The notes: a model not told the origin generated them from the letters alone. 10,340 nt of DNA from an uncultured archaeon (GCA_964610875.1 CAZSWP010000027.1:46756-57095), one strand, 5' to 3'; positions 1 to 8,342 are shown, counted from the first letter of the stretch. Numbers and translations: made by a program.

Positions 1-932
1 TCTAAGATGAGATCTTGTATCTCATAAGCTGCTAATCTCATCTCAAGATACTCTGTCGAATTCTCAAGTGTGTCAAAGTATTGCATAGCATCGATTTCGC
101 TATATTTCAATAAGTCATCTATCATGGATGGAACAGTGATATTTACTATATCTAATAGTGATGTACATGTAGATATGAGAGGTATATCATAAGTACCTGG
201 AATCAATCGACCGGCTATCAAGAAATGGGAATTATTCCTAAAGAAATCAAATGTCCCTTGGGAAATATAGTAATCATACTCGGTTACATTGAATCCCAAA
301 TCTTTGATGGTATCACAAACCTCTTCTTGAACATGATTAGTGTTCCACGGAGTTCTCAACATAATAGTCTGATTATTGGGACTCTCTCTAAATCCATCCT
401 CATTAATATCTAAAAATCCTGCTTCATCCAGAAGCATTCTTGCTTTTGTCAAATTTCCGTAATAATAGTCATATTCTATTCCAGCGTCAGAGGAGAACGG
501 ATGTTGTTGTGGGAAGCAGAAATAGAGTGGAGAAATGTATTCAACACCTTCCTCTCCAAATAGGGATGTCTTGTTCAACGCTAAAGCAATAGCCTGTCGG
601 AATTCACTCACATTTGAAGGATAATTTTCTTCAAAGAAATATATCATAGGGAAAGTAGGAGAAAGATGTACAAGTTTTGAGATGCCATCATCTGCCGTAA
701 TTCGTGCATAATCATCCCAATTAAGCTCCGTATATAGATAATCAATGCTACCATCTATAAGACTCTGCATCAAATCAGATTCAGGAATAGGAAGAAAAGC
801 GATTTCATTTACATATGGCCCCTCTTGATATGAAAGAATTGTCACATCCCATTCAGCTGCAGTAACCAGAGGAACTGACATGAACAATATGATAAGTGTA
901 AATGTAAAAGTGAAACAGGATAATCTTCGCAC
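1..932 (-). CDS. ABC transporter substrate-binding protein, family 5 (peptide/nickel type); partial, runs off the window start
   Basis: Manual translation from GTG at 932, with GAGGTG SD at 944-939: signal peptide MRRLSCFTFTFTLIILFMSVPLVTA, then GPYVNEIAF, FRQAIALALNK, KARMLLDEAGFLDINEDGFRESP and LEMRLAAYEIQDLIL at the window edge. These are typical SBP_bac_5 motifs. Not in the ORF track. Confidence 0.88.
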   Translation of the reverse strand, partial: MRRLSCFTFTFTLIILFMSVPLVTAAEWDVTILSYQEGPYVNEIAFLPIPESDLMQSLIDGSIDYLYTELNWDDYARITADDGISKLVHLSPTFPMIYFFEENYPSNVSEFRQAIALALNKTSLFGEEGVEYISPLYFCFPQQHPFSSDAGIEYDYYYGNLTKARMLLDEAGFLDINEDGFRESPNNQTIMLRTPWNTNHVQEEVCDTIKDLGFNVTEYDYYISQGTFDFFRNNSHFLIAGRLIPGTYDIPLISTCTSLLDIVNITVPSMIDDLLKYSEIDAMQYFDTLENSTEYLEMRLAAYEIQDLIL

Positions 933-1049
933 TATGCCCACCTCAATTTATAAACGCAATAATTATTCTTTTTAACTAAAATATGGTTTGTGATTCAAGC
1001 ATTAACTACGGTACTACTTTTCAGATTATAGAAATTGTAGAACTAATTT

Positions 1050-1240
1050 TTCAGGAGGCAGGGTATAAGATGAGGACCCCTGCCTCCAGACCCCCTACGA
1101 AAGACCGATAGTATTCCCTCTACCGAGTGAAGACAATAATGAAAAGGCAAATATCTCTCTCTCAATCCAGTCACGCTTATTCAGATATCTCCACTCGTTC
1201 ACGATTCCCACGATTCCACACACAAACGTTGAGAAACATG
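1050..1240 (-). ncRNA. Candidate structured small RNA (or small-ORF transcript)
   Basis: BRE/TATA upstream; 12-bp stem 1186-1197/1124-1135 whose two mismatches are G-U pairs only on the minus strand; perfect 10-bp terminal hairpin 1054-1087. No family recognised. Confidence 0.45.
1054..1087. terminator. Perfect 10-bp hairpin GGAGGCAGGG/CCCTGCCTCC
   Basis: Inverted repeat seen directly; terminator role is inferred. Confidence 0.5.
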
Positions 1241-1258
1241 TAGACTATATTCTGAAAG

Positions 1259-1273
1259 CATATAAAGTTTCCA
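1259..1273 (-). promoter_or_regulatory. Archaeal BRE-TATA promoter
   Basis: Minus strand reads TGGAAAC-TTTATATG; predicted TSS about 1235-1240. Confidence 0.55.
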
Positions 1274-1427
1274 TTTTCAGGTTAACTCTTACTATTCAAA
1301 TATTGCAAATCCGGCAAATATGGCCAAGTTTTTTTCCCATTTGATTTAGTTGCCCATATGCGGTTAAGTTAAATATCTTCGATATGATACATATATGGAG
1401 TACATTCTCGATTGAGGCAGTAAACAC

Positions 1428-1892
1428 ATGTTCTCAAGTTTGCGTCATCCAACTATACAACAGGCAGACATCTGGTTGAAGAGAAGACAAGATATAGCTC
1501 CTTCAGTGATTGCTGATGATATGAAGGTCTCTCGACCATTTGTTAGTAAATCAATTCGTATCGCTGAAGAAAGAATTGAAAAATTGCTACGTAATGCTGC
1601 AAATATCAACAGAATTCAAATTCAACATATTAGTGCCAAGCATGGAATTGCAGTGGGTTATTGTGCAGCACATCGATCTAAGACATACATTACCTATTCT
1701 CCATCAATAGGAATTCAGACATGGTTTCAACATACAGGGGACTGTAGTAGTTGTGTTGAATTTGACGAATGCATGAAAGTACTCGGAACACTTGCTCAAG
1801 AGTGGAAGATCAAGATAGCCAAAAACGCTACACCTACTAAGATTGCTGATGAGGTCTTTGGAAAAATATTGAAGAAACTGAAATGGAACTAA
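1428..1892 (+). CDS. HTH transcriptional regulator with C-terminal HxxxCxxCx5C motif
   Basis: N-terminal HTH IADDMKVSRPFVSKSIRIAEERI; C-terminal WFQHTGDCSSCVEFDEC; GAGG SD upstream. Confidence 0.8.
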   Translation: MFSSLRHPTIQQADIWLKRRQDIAPSVIADDMKVSRPFVSKSIRIAEERIEKLLRNAANINRIQIQHISAKHGIAVGYCAAHRSKTYITYSPSIGIQTWFQHTGDCSSCVEFDECMKVLGTLAQEWKIKIAKNATPTKIADEVFGKILKKLKWN

Positions 1893-1906
1893 GGAGAGTG
1901 GGAGAG

Positions 1907-2509
1907 ATGGAAACAGAAGATGACAGAATTAATCTTGATAGAAATGTCTTTGATGAATTAAAAGAGAGAATAAACAAGAATGCATGTAGAAGACCTCCAA
2001 GTTCTCAAACAGCAAATTTCTCCGATGATATTATGGTCAGTAATAAGAACTCAGAGTTAGTTGAGCCACCAAGTAATACAAGAAAATCTTCTTTCATAAT
2101 GCTGATTAGTGGAGTGCTAGTATTAACAAGTTTTTGGGGATATGGACCTCTCACACCAGTAATTCCAATTCTGTTGCCTGTATCTGCATTCATCGCTGCG
2201 TTTGGGATTGCTTTGATTATGATTGGTGTGATGGATATTTTTGGCTTTACTCGTACCTATGGGTACAAGTGGAAAGCACATTATGATGGAACTATCACGC
2301 GTGTTTTCAAATTCGAAGAATCCGAAGAGGAATATTTAGTGAAAGCGCCTCCTGAAACAACTGTAAAACACTCTCTTCGAGATTCGTGGCCATGTAAAAA
2401 ATATGACAGGGACTCTCTGTGGAGAGCATTTGATCAAGATGGAATGGATGTAACAGATATTAGTCTGAGTTCTATTGATGGAACAATTTTCATTAGAATT
2501 GAAGAATAA
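1907..2509 (+). CDS. Hypothetical membrane protein (2 TM helices)
   Basis: Two hydrophobic segments (FIMLISGVLVLTSFWG; LLPVSAFIAAFGIALIMIGVM). ATG 1907 follows AAGGAG...GGGAG and is preferred over 1883. Confidence 0.75.
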   Translation: METEDDRINLDRNVFDELKERINKNACRRPPSSQTANFSDDIMVSNKNSELVEPPSNTRKSSFIMLISGVLVLTSFWGYGPLTPVIPILLPVSAFIAAFGIALIMIGVMDIFGFTRTYGYKWKAHYDGTITRVFKFEESEEEYLVKAPPETTVKHSLRDSWPCKKYDRDSLWRAFDQDGMDVTDISLSSIDGTIFIRIEE

Positions 2510-2535
2510 AATCATGTATAGTGAATTTAACCAAC

Positions 2536-3114
2536 TCATCTGTCCATCAAGGATATTTGTTCTTGTATATCATCACTATCCCAAACACCCTCATGGTACA
2601 TTCTGAAGTATCCGTCATCATCAATAATTATCACAGTTGGTGTGAATCGAATACTGAAGTAATTTGAAAATACACCATTTGTATCAAGACCATGATACCA
2701 TGTGAGTTCATGTTCTTCTTTGTAATTCGCCATTTGAGATGCGGTTGTGCTAGAATCGACACTTAATGAAATCAATATTATCGAATCACCCATGTCCTCA
2801 ATCAAGTCTTTGAATTCATCATTCTGCGTTTCACATGCAGGACAATTAAGACCCATCAAATCAACAATAACAAATTGACCCTCTATATCACTCATCTGGA
2901 CTACTTCTTCATCAGACATTAGCAACCCCCAATCGGGTACTGCCAGCTCTTCGTCAATTAAATCAGTGTCAGGGGTTAGACTAGATGATGAGCTACCACC
3001 ACTATCTCCGCCAGAAGGTATTGTTGCAGCAAGCATTGCGACTCCAATCACCAATCCAACAGCAATGATTACTATCATAAGTCCGATAATCATCATCTTT
3101 TCGGTTTCCATCAT
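2536..3114 (-). CDS. Membrane-anchored TlpA/ResA-like thiol-disulfide oxidoreductase (thioredoxin fold)
   Basis: N-terminal TM and Gly/Ser linker; GQFVIVDLMGLNCPAC active site; ILISLSVD; cis-Pro loop FTPTVIIIDDDG. Confidence 0.9.
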   Translation of the reverse strand: MMETEKMMIIGLMIVIIAVGLVIGVAMLAATIPSGGDSGGSSSSSLTPDTDLIDEELAVPDWGLLMSDEEVVQMSDIEGQFVIVDLMGLNCPACETQNDEFKDLIEDMGDSIILISLSVDSSTTASQMANYKEEHELTWYHGLDTNGVFSNYFSIRFTPTVIIIDDDGYFRMYHEGVWDSDDIQEQISLMDR

Positions 3115-3139
3115 GATTCCTCGATATAATTTGTATTCA

Positions 3140-3186
3140 GGTGTGCAAGTGTTTTACACAACTGCACAACCCACATATAAGCTTGC
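3140..3186 (-). promoter_or_regulatory. TATA box (TTATAT, 3180-3175) followed by an imperfect palindrome (putative operator) upstream of the redoxin gene
   Basis: GGTGTGCAAGTGT-TTT-ACACAACTGCACAACC at 3140-3171. Confidence 0.45.
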
Positions 3187-3223
3187 CTTTTCAAAACACT
3201 CAACAATTTGAGATTATGTGGAT

Positions 3224-3877
3224 CTACTGAGTAATTGACGGATTTGCCATATCCACGGATATCTCTAGTTTAGTCTGAATTTCACTTGAGTCACTCATCC
3301 ATGGCGCATGTAAGAATTGTATTGAATGAGGTCTTGTTTTCTTATTAATGACCACATATCTTTCCTTATGGAGAAACTTAACGTACTTCCGGACTTTCGA
3401 CTTAGAGAGGCCTGACTCTTTGATTAGTTCTTTATAGGTAGTTGTCTTTAGCTGGGAAAGGCATTCTAGTACTTGGAATTCAGGAATATCGAGAATTGTT
3501 TCACGCAGAATTTGATTTTCACGACGAATAGAATTCTCATCACCAGATAATACATCTTTCAATGAGCTTCTCAAATCATTGATTTCCTCCAGTAGAGATG
3601 AACGTTCATACTCATATCTAACAACAAGACCTCTTGAAGCATGAACTAACTCAGCACTGAGGTCATTGCCGAGACCATCTAATGCTTCTCTTGCGGCCAT
3701 TTTTGATTCTCTAATGATTCCGGTTAGATCGTTTGCATCAAACCATTGTCCATCAACCAATGATTCGAGCTGTTCATAATACGAATCCAATCGACTCACC
3801 CACAAATCTCTAACATCTTGAAAAACACCTGCAATCTTCAATGTGAGTCGTGCGGCAGTGTCTTCAGGGTCAGTCAT
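3224..3877 (-). CDS. Coiled-coil protein with C-terminal winged HTH
   Basis: Helical heptad-rich N-terminal region (ERSSLLEEINDLRSSLK, IRRENQILRE); C-terminal TYKELIKESGLSKSKVRKYVKFLHKERYVVI. Start 3877 or 3892. Confidence 0.75.
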   Translation of the reverse strand: MTDPEDTAARLTLKIAGVFQDVRDLWVSRLDSYYEQLESLVDGQWFDANDLTGIIRESKMAAREALDGLGNDLSAELVHASRGLVVRYEYERSSLLEEINDLRSSLKDVLSGDENSIRRENQILRETILDIPEFQVLECLSQLKTTTYKELIKESGLSKSKVRKYVKFLHKERYVVINKKTRPHSIQFLHAPWMSDSSEIQTKLEISVDMANPSITQ

Positions 3878-3970
3878 GACTATCAGACACATCTATGAAT
3901 AACATAAAGATTAGAGCTAGTATTGCGCTGGTATGACTCACTGATAAGATAGATAGGATGTTTGTCATCT

Positions 3971-4513
3971 CTAGTATGGAGCTTCTCTCGTAGTTTCAAT
4001 GTGATTCCATGGTACAGGGTCCGGTGTAGTCTGAATAAAACGATTGACTATTTCTTTCACGCCATCGGGATTATACACCGACTCAAAAACGAGTTCGGGC
4101 GCATCATCTTGCTCAACATATATCTCAACATCACCTTGACCTGCAAGGCGCTCGTCCTGACTCCCAGAAACAGCAACATGCTTAATCTCATTAAAGAATA
4201 CTCTTCTAGTTGATTTTCTCACTAATCCTTTCCTTACTCTGACATTCCAGGTTGTGATAATGTAAAGAGTATCTCTTCTCCTTAGTTCAGAATAAGTCAC
4301 AATGGCACTTCCGCCAAACAAAGCCATTATTCCCAGTTCCCATGCTCGCTCAGTCCATGGAACATATGATGCGCTACTCATTATCATGAAAACAAGGCCT
4401 ACAAGAAAAATGAGAATGCCCAATATATAGTGGAACAATCTAGAAACTCTCTGGGGATGAAATTTTACAACTAATTCCTCAGGAACAATTTCAGGTTCTT
4501 GAGTTCCACTCAT
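3971..4513 (-). CDS. Bacterial-type PH domain (bPH_2) membrane protein, 2 TM
   Basis: Two TM helices, then YIITTWNVRVRKGLVRKSTRRVFFNEIKHVAVSGSQDERLAGQGDVEI, which matches the bPH_2 pattern. Confidence 0.85.
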   Translation of the reverse strand: MSGTQEPEIVPEELVVKFHPQRVSRLFHYILGILIFLVGLVFMIMSSASYVPWTERAWELGIMALFGGSAIVTYSELRRRDTLYIITTWNVRVRKGLVRKSTRRVFFNEIKHVAVSGSQDERLAGQGDVEIYVEQDDAPELVFESVYNPDGVKEIVNRFIQTTPDPVPWNHIETTREAPY

Positions 4514-4568
4514 TTTATCATCAGAAGGATATGACCCTCAAGCATCTTAATAACGTGTCGTAAGAACA

Positions 4569-4608
4569 AATGAGAATGCCCGAATAAAATATGAACGGGC
4601 ATCTCGTT
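4569..4608. terminator. Intergenic hairpin downstream of the YbjN-like gene
   Basis: ATGCCCG (4576-4582)/CGGGCAT (4596-4602), extended by GAG/CTC. Confidence 0.5.
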
Positions 4609-4622
4609 TTAGGTGATTTCTA

Positions 4623-5015
4623 TTAAGAGGGATATACTTCCCACAGTCTGTCACAAGCATTTACAACATGACCAACCAGCATTTTGATTTCATCAGCGTT
4701 GATATCCATGTCATTGGTTTCTGCAATAACAATGATATCATCATCCTCGTCAAGACCAAACTTCACACCATTCGCTTTCCATGACTCTTTGAGCATGTCA
4801 AGGGCAAGTTTGTATCTATCAGCTTCAATAACTTGATAGAAGTTAGTGAAAGGAGCTACAACATAGACCCATGATTCGTCATTGTTGGTTACAATCTTTA
4901 CTTTCAGATCCTCGAAATGGTCAGTCTTCCATCTCATGAGGATTACACCGTTTTCTCGGGTATACTTAATTTCTACTCCATCTAGTAATGTTGCGATTTG
5001 GTCTAAAACACCCAC
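4623..5015 (-). CDS. YbjN-like protein (type III secretion chaperone-like fold)
   Basis: About 130 aa, acidic; pattern LALDMLKESWKANGVKFGLDEDDDIIV and a C-terminal amphipathic helix. GTG 5015 follows a GAGGTG SD and is preferred over 5081. Confidence 0.65.
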   Translation of the reverse strand: MGVLDQIATLLDGVEIKYTRENGVILMRWKTDHFEDLKVKIVTNNDESWVYVVAPFTNFYQVIEADRYKLALDMLKESWKANGVKFGLDEDDDIIVIAETNDMDINADEIKMLVGHVVNACDRLWEVYPS

Positions 5016-5116
5016 AACAAACACCTCTGCTCCATCGTCAGAATTGCTACATATTAAGATGTCTACGATGATTCGACACAAGCATTTTTTGTAACAAAGT
5101 ATCTATCCGAGTTTCA

Positions 5117-5131
5117 GGAAAGGTTTATATC
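5117..5131 (+). promoter_or_regulatory. BRE-TATA promoter of padR
   Basis: GGAAAGG-TTTATATC; also reads TATAAA on the minus strand. Confidence 0.65.
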
Positions 5132-5135
5132 GTTC

Positions 5136-5188
5136 TACATAGTACGCCGTACATAGTACGTGGCACATAGTGTGTGTGACATACTATA
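5136..5188 (+). repeat. Four tandem 14-bp-period repeats, putative PadR operator array
   Basis: TACATAGTACG ccg TACATAGTACG tgg CACATAGTGTG tgt GACATACTATA, immediately after the TATA box. Confidence 0.75.
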
Positions 5189-5213
5189 AACTGTCGGCGA
5201 GTGACCTCTGAAG

Positions 5214-5591
5214 ATGAGTAAAGGTGACGATAAAGTCAATCCGGAAATGGAGTATGAACGCTGGTCTCTCGAAATTCGAAGAGGTGCACTCTCCCTAGCC
5301 ATATTAGCAATCATCTCCACCGGTGAGAGTTACGGATATGACATCATGAAAAAACTCAGTGAACCCAACTATGATGCACTACAGGTCGAACCTAGTACGA
5401 CATATCCCCTTCTCCGAAGATTGGAAAAGAGAGGTATGCTTGAAGGCGAATGGATCAAGTCAGGGGGTAAACGTCGTCGACAGTACTATGTCACAAGAGA
5501 AGGTCGCAGAATCCTAAAGAGGATGGTGGGGTCATGGCAAGATTTGAGTGGACAACTGATTCTACTTTTGAAGGAGGCAGATCTACTATGA
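5214..5591 (+). CDS. padR: PadR-family transcriptional regulator
   Basis: RRGALSLAILAII...ESYGYDI...STTYPLLRRLEKRGML...RRRQYYVTREGR, canonical PadR winged helix. Confidence 0.95.
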   Translation: MSKGDDKVNPEMEYERWSLEIRRGALSLAILAIISTGESYGYDIMKKLSEPNYDALQVEPSTTYPLLRRLEKRGMLEGEWIKSGGKRRRQYYVTREGRRILKRMVGSWQDLSGQLILLLKEADLL

Positions 5592-8335
5592 GTGAAGAAG
5601 CACTTCAAGTAATAGAAGACTATCTTACTCTTGTGAGAAGACATCTCCCTCATGAAATTGCAGATGATGTAATATCGGAATTAAGAGCATATATCGTAGA
5701 GGCAGCTGAGGAGATGGAAGAGGGCACACTGACAGTGAAGGCTGCAAAGAAGACGGTAGCAAGATTTGGAGCTCCTTCAGAGGTCGCTGAAGAATACAGA
5801 TATTCGATGATGTTTGAAGAAGATGAAGTCACCCTTGAAGAAGATATCATAGAAGAAGATACATCACTAGAAGAACCTACTCCAAGCAGAGTAGTAGAAC
5901 CAACAGCAGAACAAACACATGTTGCTCTTGGACCTGCGACCCAGCATGAAGAACGTGTAGACTCTTCGATAAAAGACGAGAAAATAAAAGTAAAGAGTGG
6001 TACTCACAGAGTTGACCTGTATATAGAAACTTTCTTCAAAGCTCTTGTCATAACGATGTTCTGGTCCATAGGAACTGCAATCGCTAGTCTTTTGGCATCT
6101 CCAATAATTATACTTATCGACTTGGCATTTGGATTCTCCTTTCTATTCCTATATCTCTTCTTCACGTACATTTCTGGTAAACGATTAGAAATTCATTATT
6201 ACGAAGAGTGGCCTGAAATACAGAAATTTGTTACCCTACCAAAGGGACTCTTCCCAGAACCAAGTAAAATTTCGCTCTCACTAGATATCATTTTTATGGT
6301 ATTTTTTGCGACGATAACCTTTGCAGCAGCACTACTATTTCTCCCACTTATTGCTGCAATTCCATTAATCATTCTAACACCTCTATTACTAATTCGTGCG
6401 CATTTCCTTATTCAGCGAATGAATACTCCAGATCCATTACCATTCATAAGAAGAGAATTCATTCTTCAGATTTTAATACTGGTAGTGACAAACTTCTCAG
6501 CCTTCACAGCCTTTTTTGCGACTGTGTTGAGTCCTTGGTATGGTTGGGAACTAGTAGTAACATTATTGATATCTCCAATTCATGGTTATATGCTATTGTT
6601 ATTGGTCGGTTCAACACAAGACCTCTGGTGGGAATTTAGTGAGGTTGAGGAACCATCTCCAGAAACAACTGAGTCTGCATTGATCCAAGAACAGCGCATT
6701 CCAACACCACCGGAAGAAGCTGTAAAGAGTGGAGCGGCAAACCTACCCAAATCCGAAGTAGATGTTAAAGAAGAAGAAACAATTGAGGATAGATCAGGGC
6801 TTCCTGTCAGCGGAAAACGGATAGTCCTAAAAGCTCTACTCATTACCTTATTTTGGTTATTGATTACTCTAGTCAGCTCAGTTTTCATCGCTGCCCCCTA
6901 TCTCCTTACATTTCTACTCACCATGTTATTTGGGGGAATTCATCTATTAGGGTCAATGGGTGCACATGCAGGAAGTGTTTCCAGAATTAAGAACAAATAT
7001 GGAAGGCTCTGGAGTCAAGGGACTAGGTCATGGAGCCGACTACGTCAAATATTCACATTCCCCGAAAGAATGTATGAAGATGAAACAACAATTTTTCTGC
7101 GAATGGAAACCATTGTGACATTCTTTGGATTAGCCATTACAGCCCTATTTCTTGTCGTGATGCCTGCACCCACAGAATTTCAAATCATTTCTTGGATATT
7201 TGTCGCCGCACTATTGGGAGTCCTCACCAAACTAAACCATAGGTGGAATAATCGTTCTTCAAGTAAGTATAATTATCTTGATTTCTTTAGTACACTCGTT
7301 GCACTTGCAACTGGATATGCAATAACTACCATGATAGCAAATCCGTACTTCTGGGTATACTTTTCAACGCCAACAAGATGGGAATTCACTTCTTGGTTTG
7401 TGCCATTCTGGTTTGTCTATGGCACCTATCTATTGTATACAATGATTCCTAAAACTCAGAAACTCTGGAGTTCTGAGGTTGAGGTTTTACATCACAAGCC
7501 AACTAAGATTGAAACCAGAGATGAAGAAACAAAGGAAGAAAAACCCATTGGTAAGAAAAGAGAGGTACTGGAGATCATCAGAAGTAGTGCATCAAATGCT
7601 ATCGGCAGAACATTTGGTTGGTTCGCTGTTGTTATGTTGTTACCAATTATTCTTGTGCTTCTTGGTATTGATGAACAGAATTATTCTCAGCTACCTGAAT
7701 TACTTTTCACAACAGACATGCTATATTTGGGTACAGTGGCTTTTCTTACAGCAGCGTTTGTTGGATTGTACTTCGTGGTAAGATACTTGCGGGTAGAATC
7801 AGGAAGAACTGATTCTATATTGGGGAAGAGAGGAAGAATTGAGTCAGTTATTGATATAGTGATATTAGCTCTGTTTTCAACATATTTGATGACTAATGTA
7901 GAAAACATGATGCGTTACATTAGAGAAATCATGCAAGGTCACTACAGCAGTAGCTTATCCTGGATGATAATCTATCTTGCATTTCTAGTGGCATTCTTGT
8001 TCCTTATCCTAGGAATGATTTTCAGATTCCTTGCCGATATTCTGAATTTGATTTCTCCAAAATTTAGAAAGACTTCCACTTTTTTTGTCGTTTCCGGTTA
8101 TATGCTAGTAATTGCATCTGGTATTTTTTATTCTACATTTCCACTAGTGGGATATCATTTCATCATCTGGTCTTCTCCATTTCTTTTCATACTCTTGCTA
8201 CCACTTGTCATATTCCAGATTATTACAAATCAATTGAAAATGAATATCGAAGAAGACAAAGAAGCAGAGGATACTAAGAAAGCACTCGATTCGGTGGAAA
8301 TGGTGGTAGGTCCCGAAATTATTGAGAGTCGGTGA
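5588..8335 (+). CDS. Large polytopic membrane protein with N-terminal HAAS domain and repeated TM modules (915 aa)
   Basis: ATGA overlap with the padR stop; IEDYLTLVRRHLP...DDVISELRAYI...VARFGAPSEVAEEY is a HAAS signature; many TM helices. Confidence 0.85.
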   Translation: MSEEALQVIEDYLTLVRRHLPHEIADDVISELRAYIVEAAEEMEEGTLTVKAAKKTVARFGAPSEVAEEYRYSMMFEEDEVTLEEDIIEEDTSLEEPTPSRVVEPTAEQTHVALGPATQHEERVDSSIKDEKIKVKSGTHRVDLYIETFFKALVITMFWSIGTAIASLLASPIIILIDLAFGFSFLFLYLFFTYISGKRLEIHYYEEWPEIQKFVTLPKGLFPEPSKISLSLDIIFMVFFATITFAAALLFLPLIAAIPLIILTPLLLIRAHFLIQRMNTPDPLPFIRREFILQILILVVTNFSAFTAFFATVLSPWYGWELVVTLLISPIHGYMLLLLVGSTQDLWWEFSEVEEPSPETTESALIQEQRIPTPPEEAVKSGAANLPKSEVDVKEEETIEDRSGLPVSGKRIVLKALLITLFWLLITLVSSVFIAAPYLLTFLLTMLFGGIHLLGSMGAHAGSVSRIKNKYGRLWSQGTRSWSRLRQIFTFPERMYEDETTIFLRMETIVTFFGLAITALFLVVMPAPTEFQIISWIFVAALLGVLTKLNHRWNNRSSSKYNYLDFFSTLVALATGYAITTMIANPYFWVYFSTPTRWEFTSWFVPFWFVYGTYLLYTMIPKTQKLWSSEVEVLHHKPTKIETRDEETKEEKPIGKKREVLEIIRSSASNAIGRTFGWFAVVMLLPIILVLLGIDEQNYSQLPELLFTTDMLYLGTVAFLTAAFVGLYFVVRYLRVESGRTDSILGKRGRIESVIDIVILALFSTYLMTNVENMMRYIREIMQGHYSSSLSWMIIYLAFLVAFLFLILGMIFRFLADILNLISPKFRKTSTFFVVSGYMLVIASGIFYSTFPLVGYHFIIWSSPFLFILLLPLVIFQIITNQLKMNIEEDKEAEDTKKALDSVEMVVGPEIIESR

Positions 8336-8342
8336 ACTCAAA

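Noticed and set aside
225-413. 62-aa plus-strand ORF
   Set aside because: Antisense to the ABC substrate-binding gene.
4569-4608. SECIS-like element (ATGA, stem, A-rich loop)
   Set aside because: No GA on the 3' side to form the quartet, it is antisense to the flanking genes, and no in-frame TGA candidate is nearby (the redoxin has CPAC).
5136-5188. CRISPR-like or iteron interpretation of the repeats
   Set aside because: Units are only 14 bp, there are no unique spacers and no cas or rep genes; the position fits an operator.
5534-5587. Upstream start for the HAAS protein
   Set aside because: It lies inside padR; ATG 5588 gives an ATGA-coupled start right at the HAAS domain.
2005-7908. Short overlapping ORFs (2005, 2336, 2966, 3962, 4882, 5135, 5650, 6586, 7479, 7687)
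   Set aside because: They overlap well-supported genes on the opposite strand or in another frame and show no motifs.
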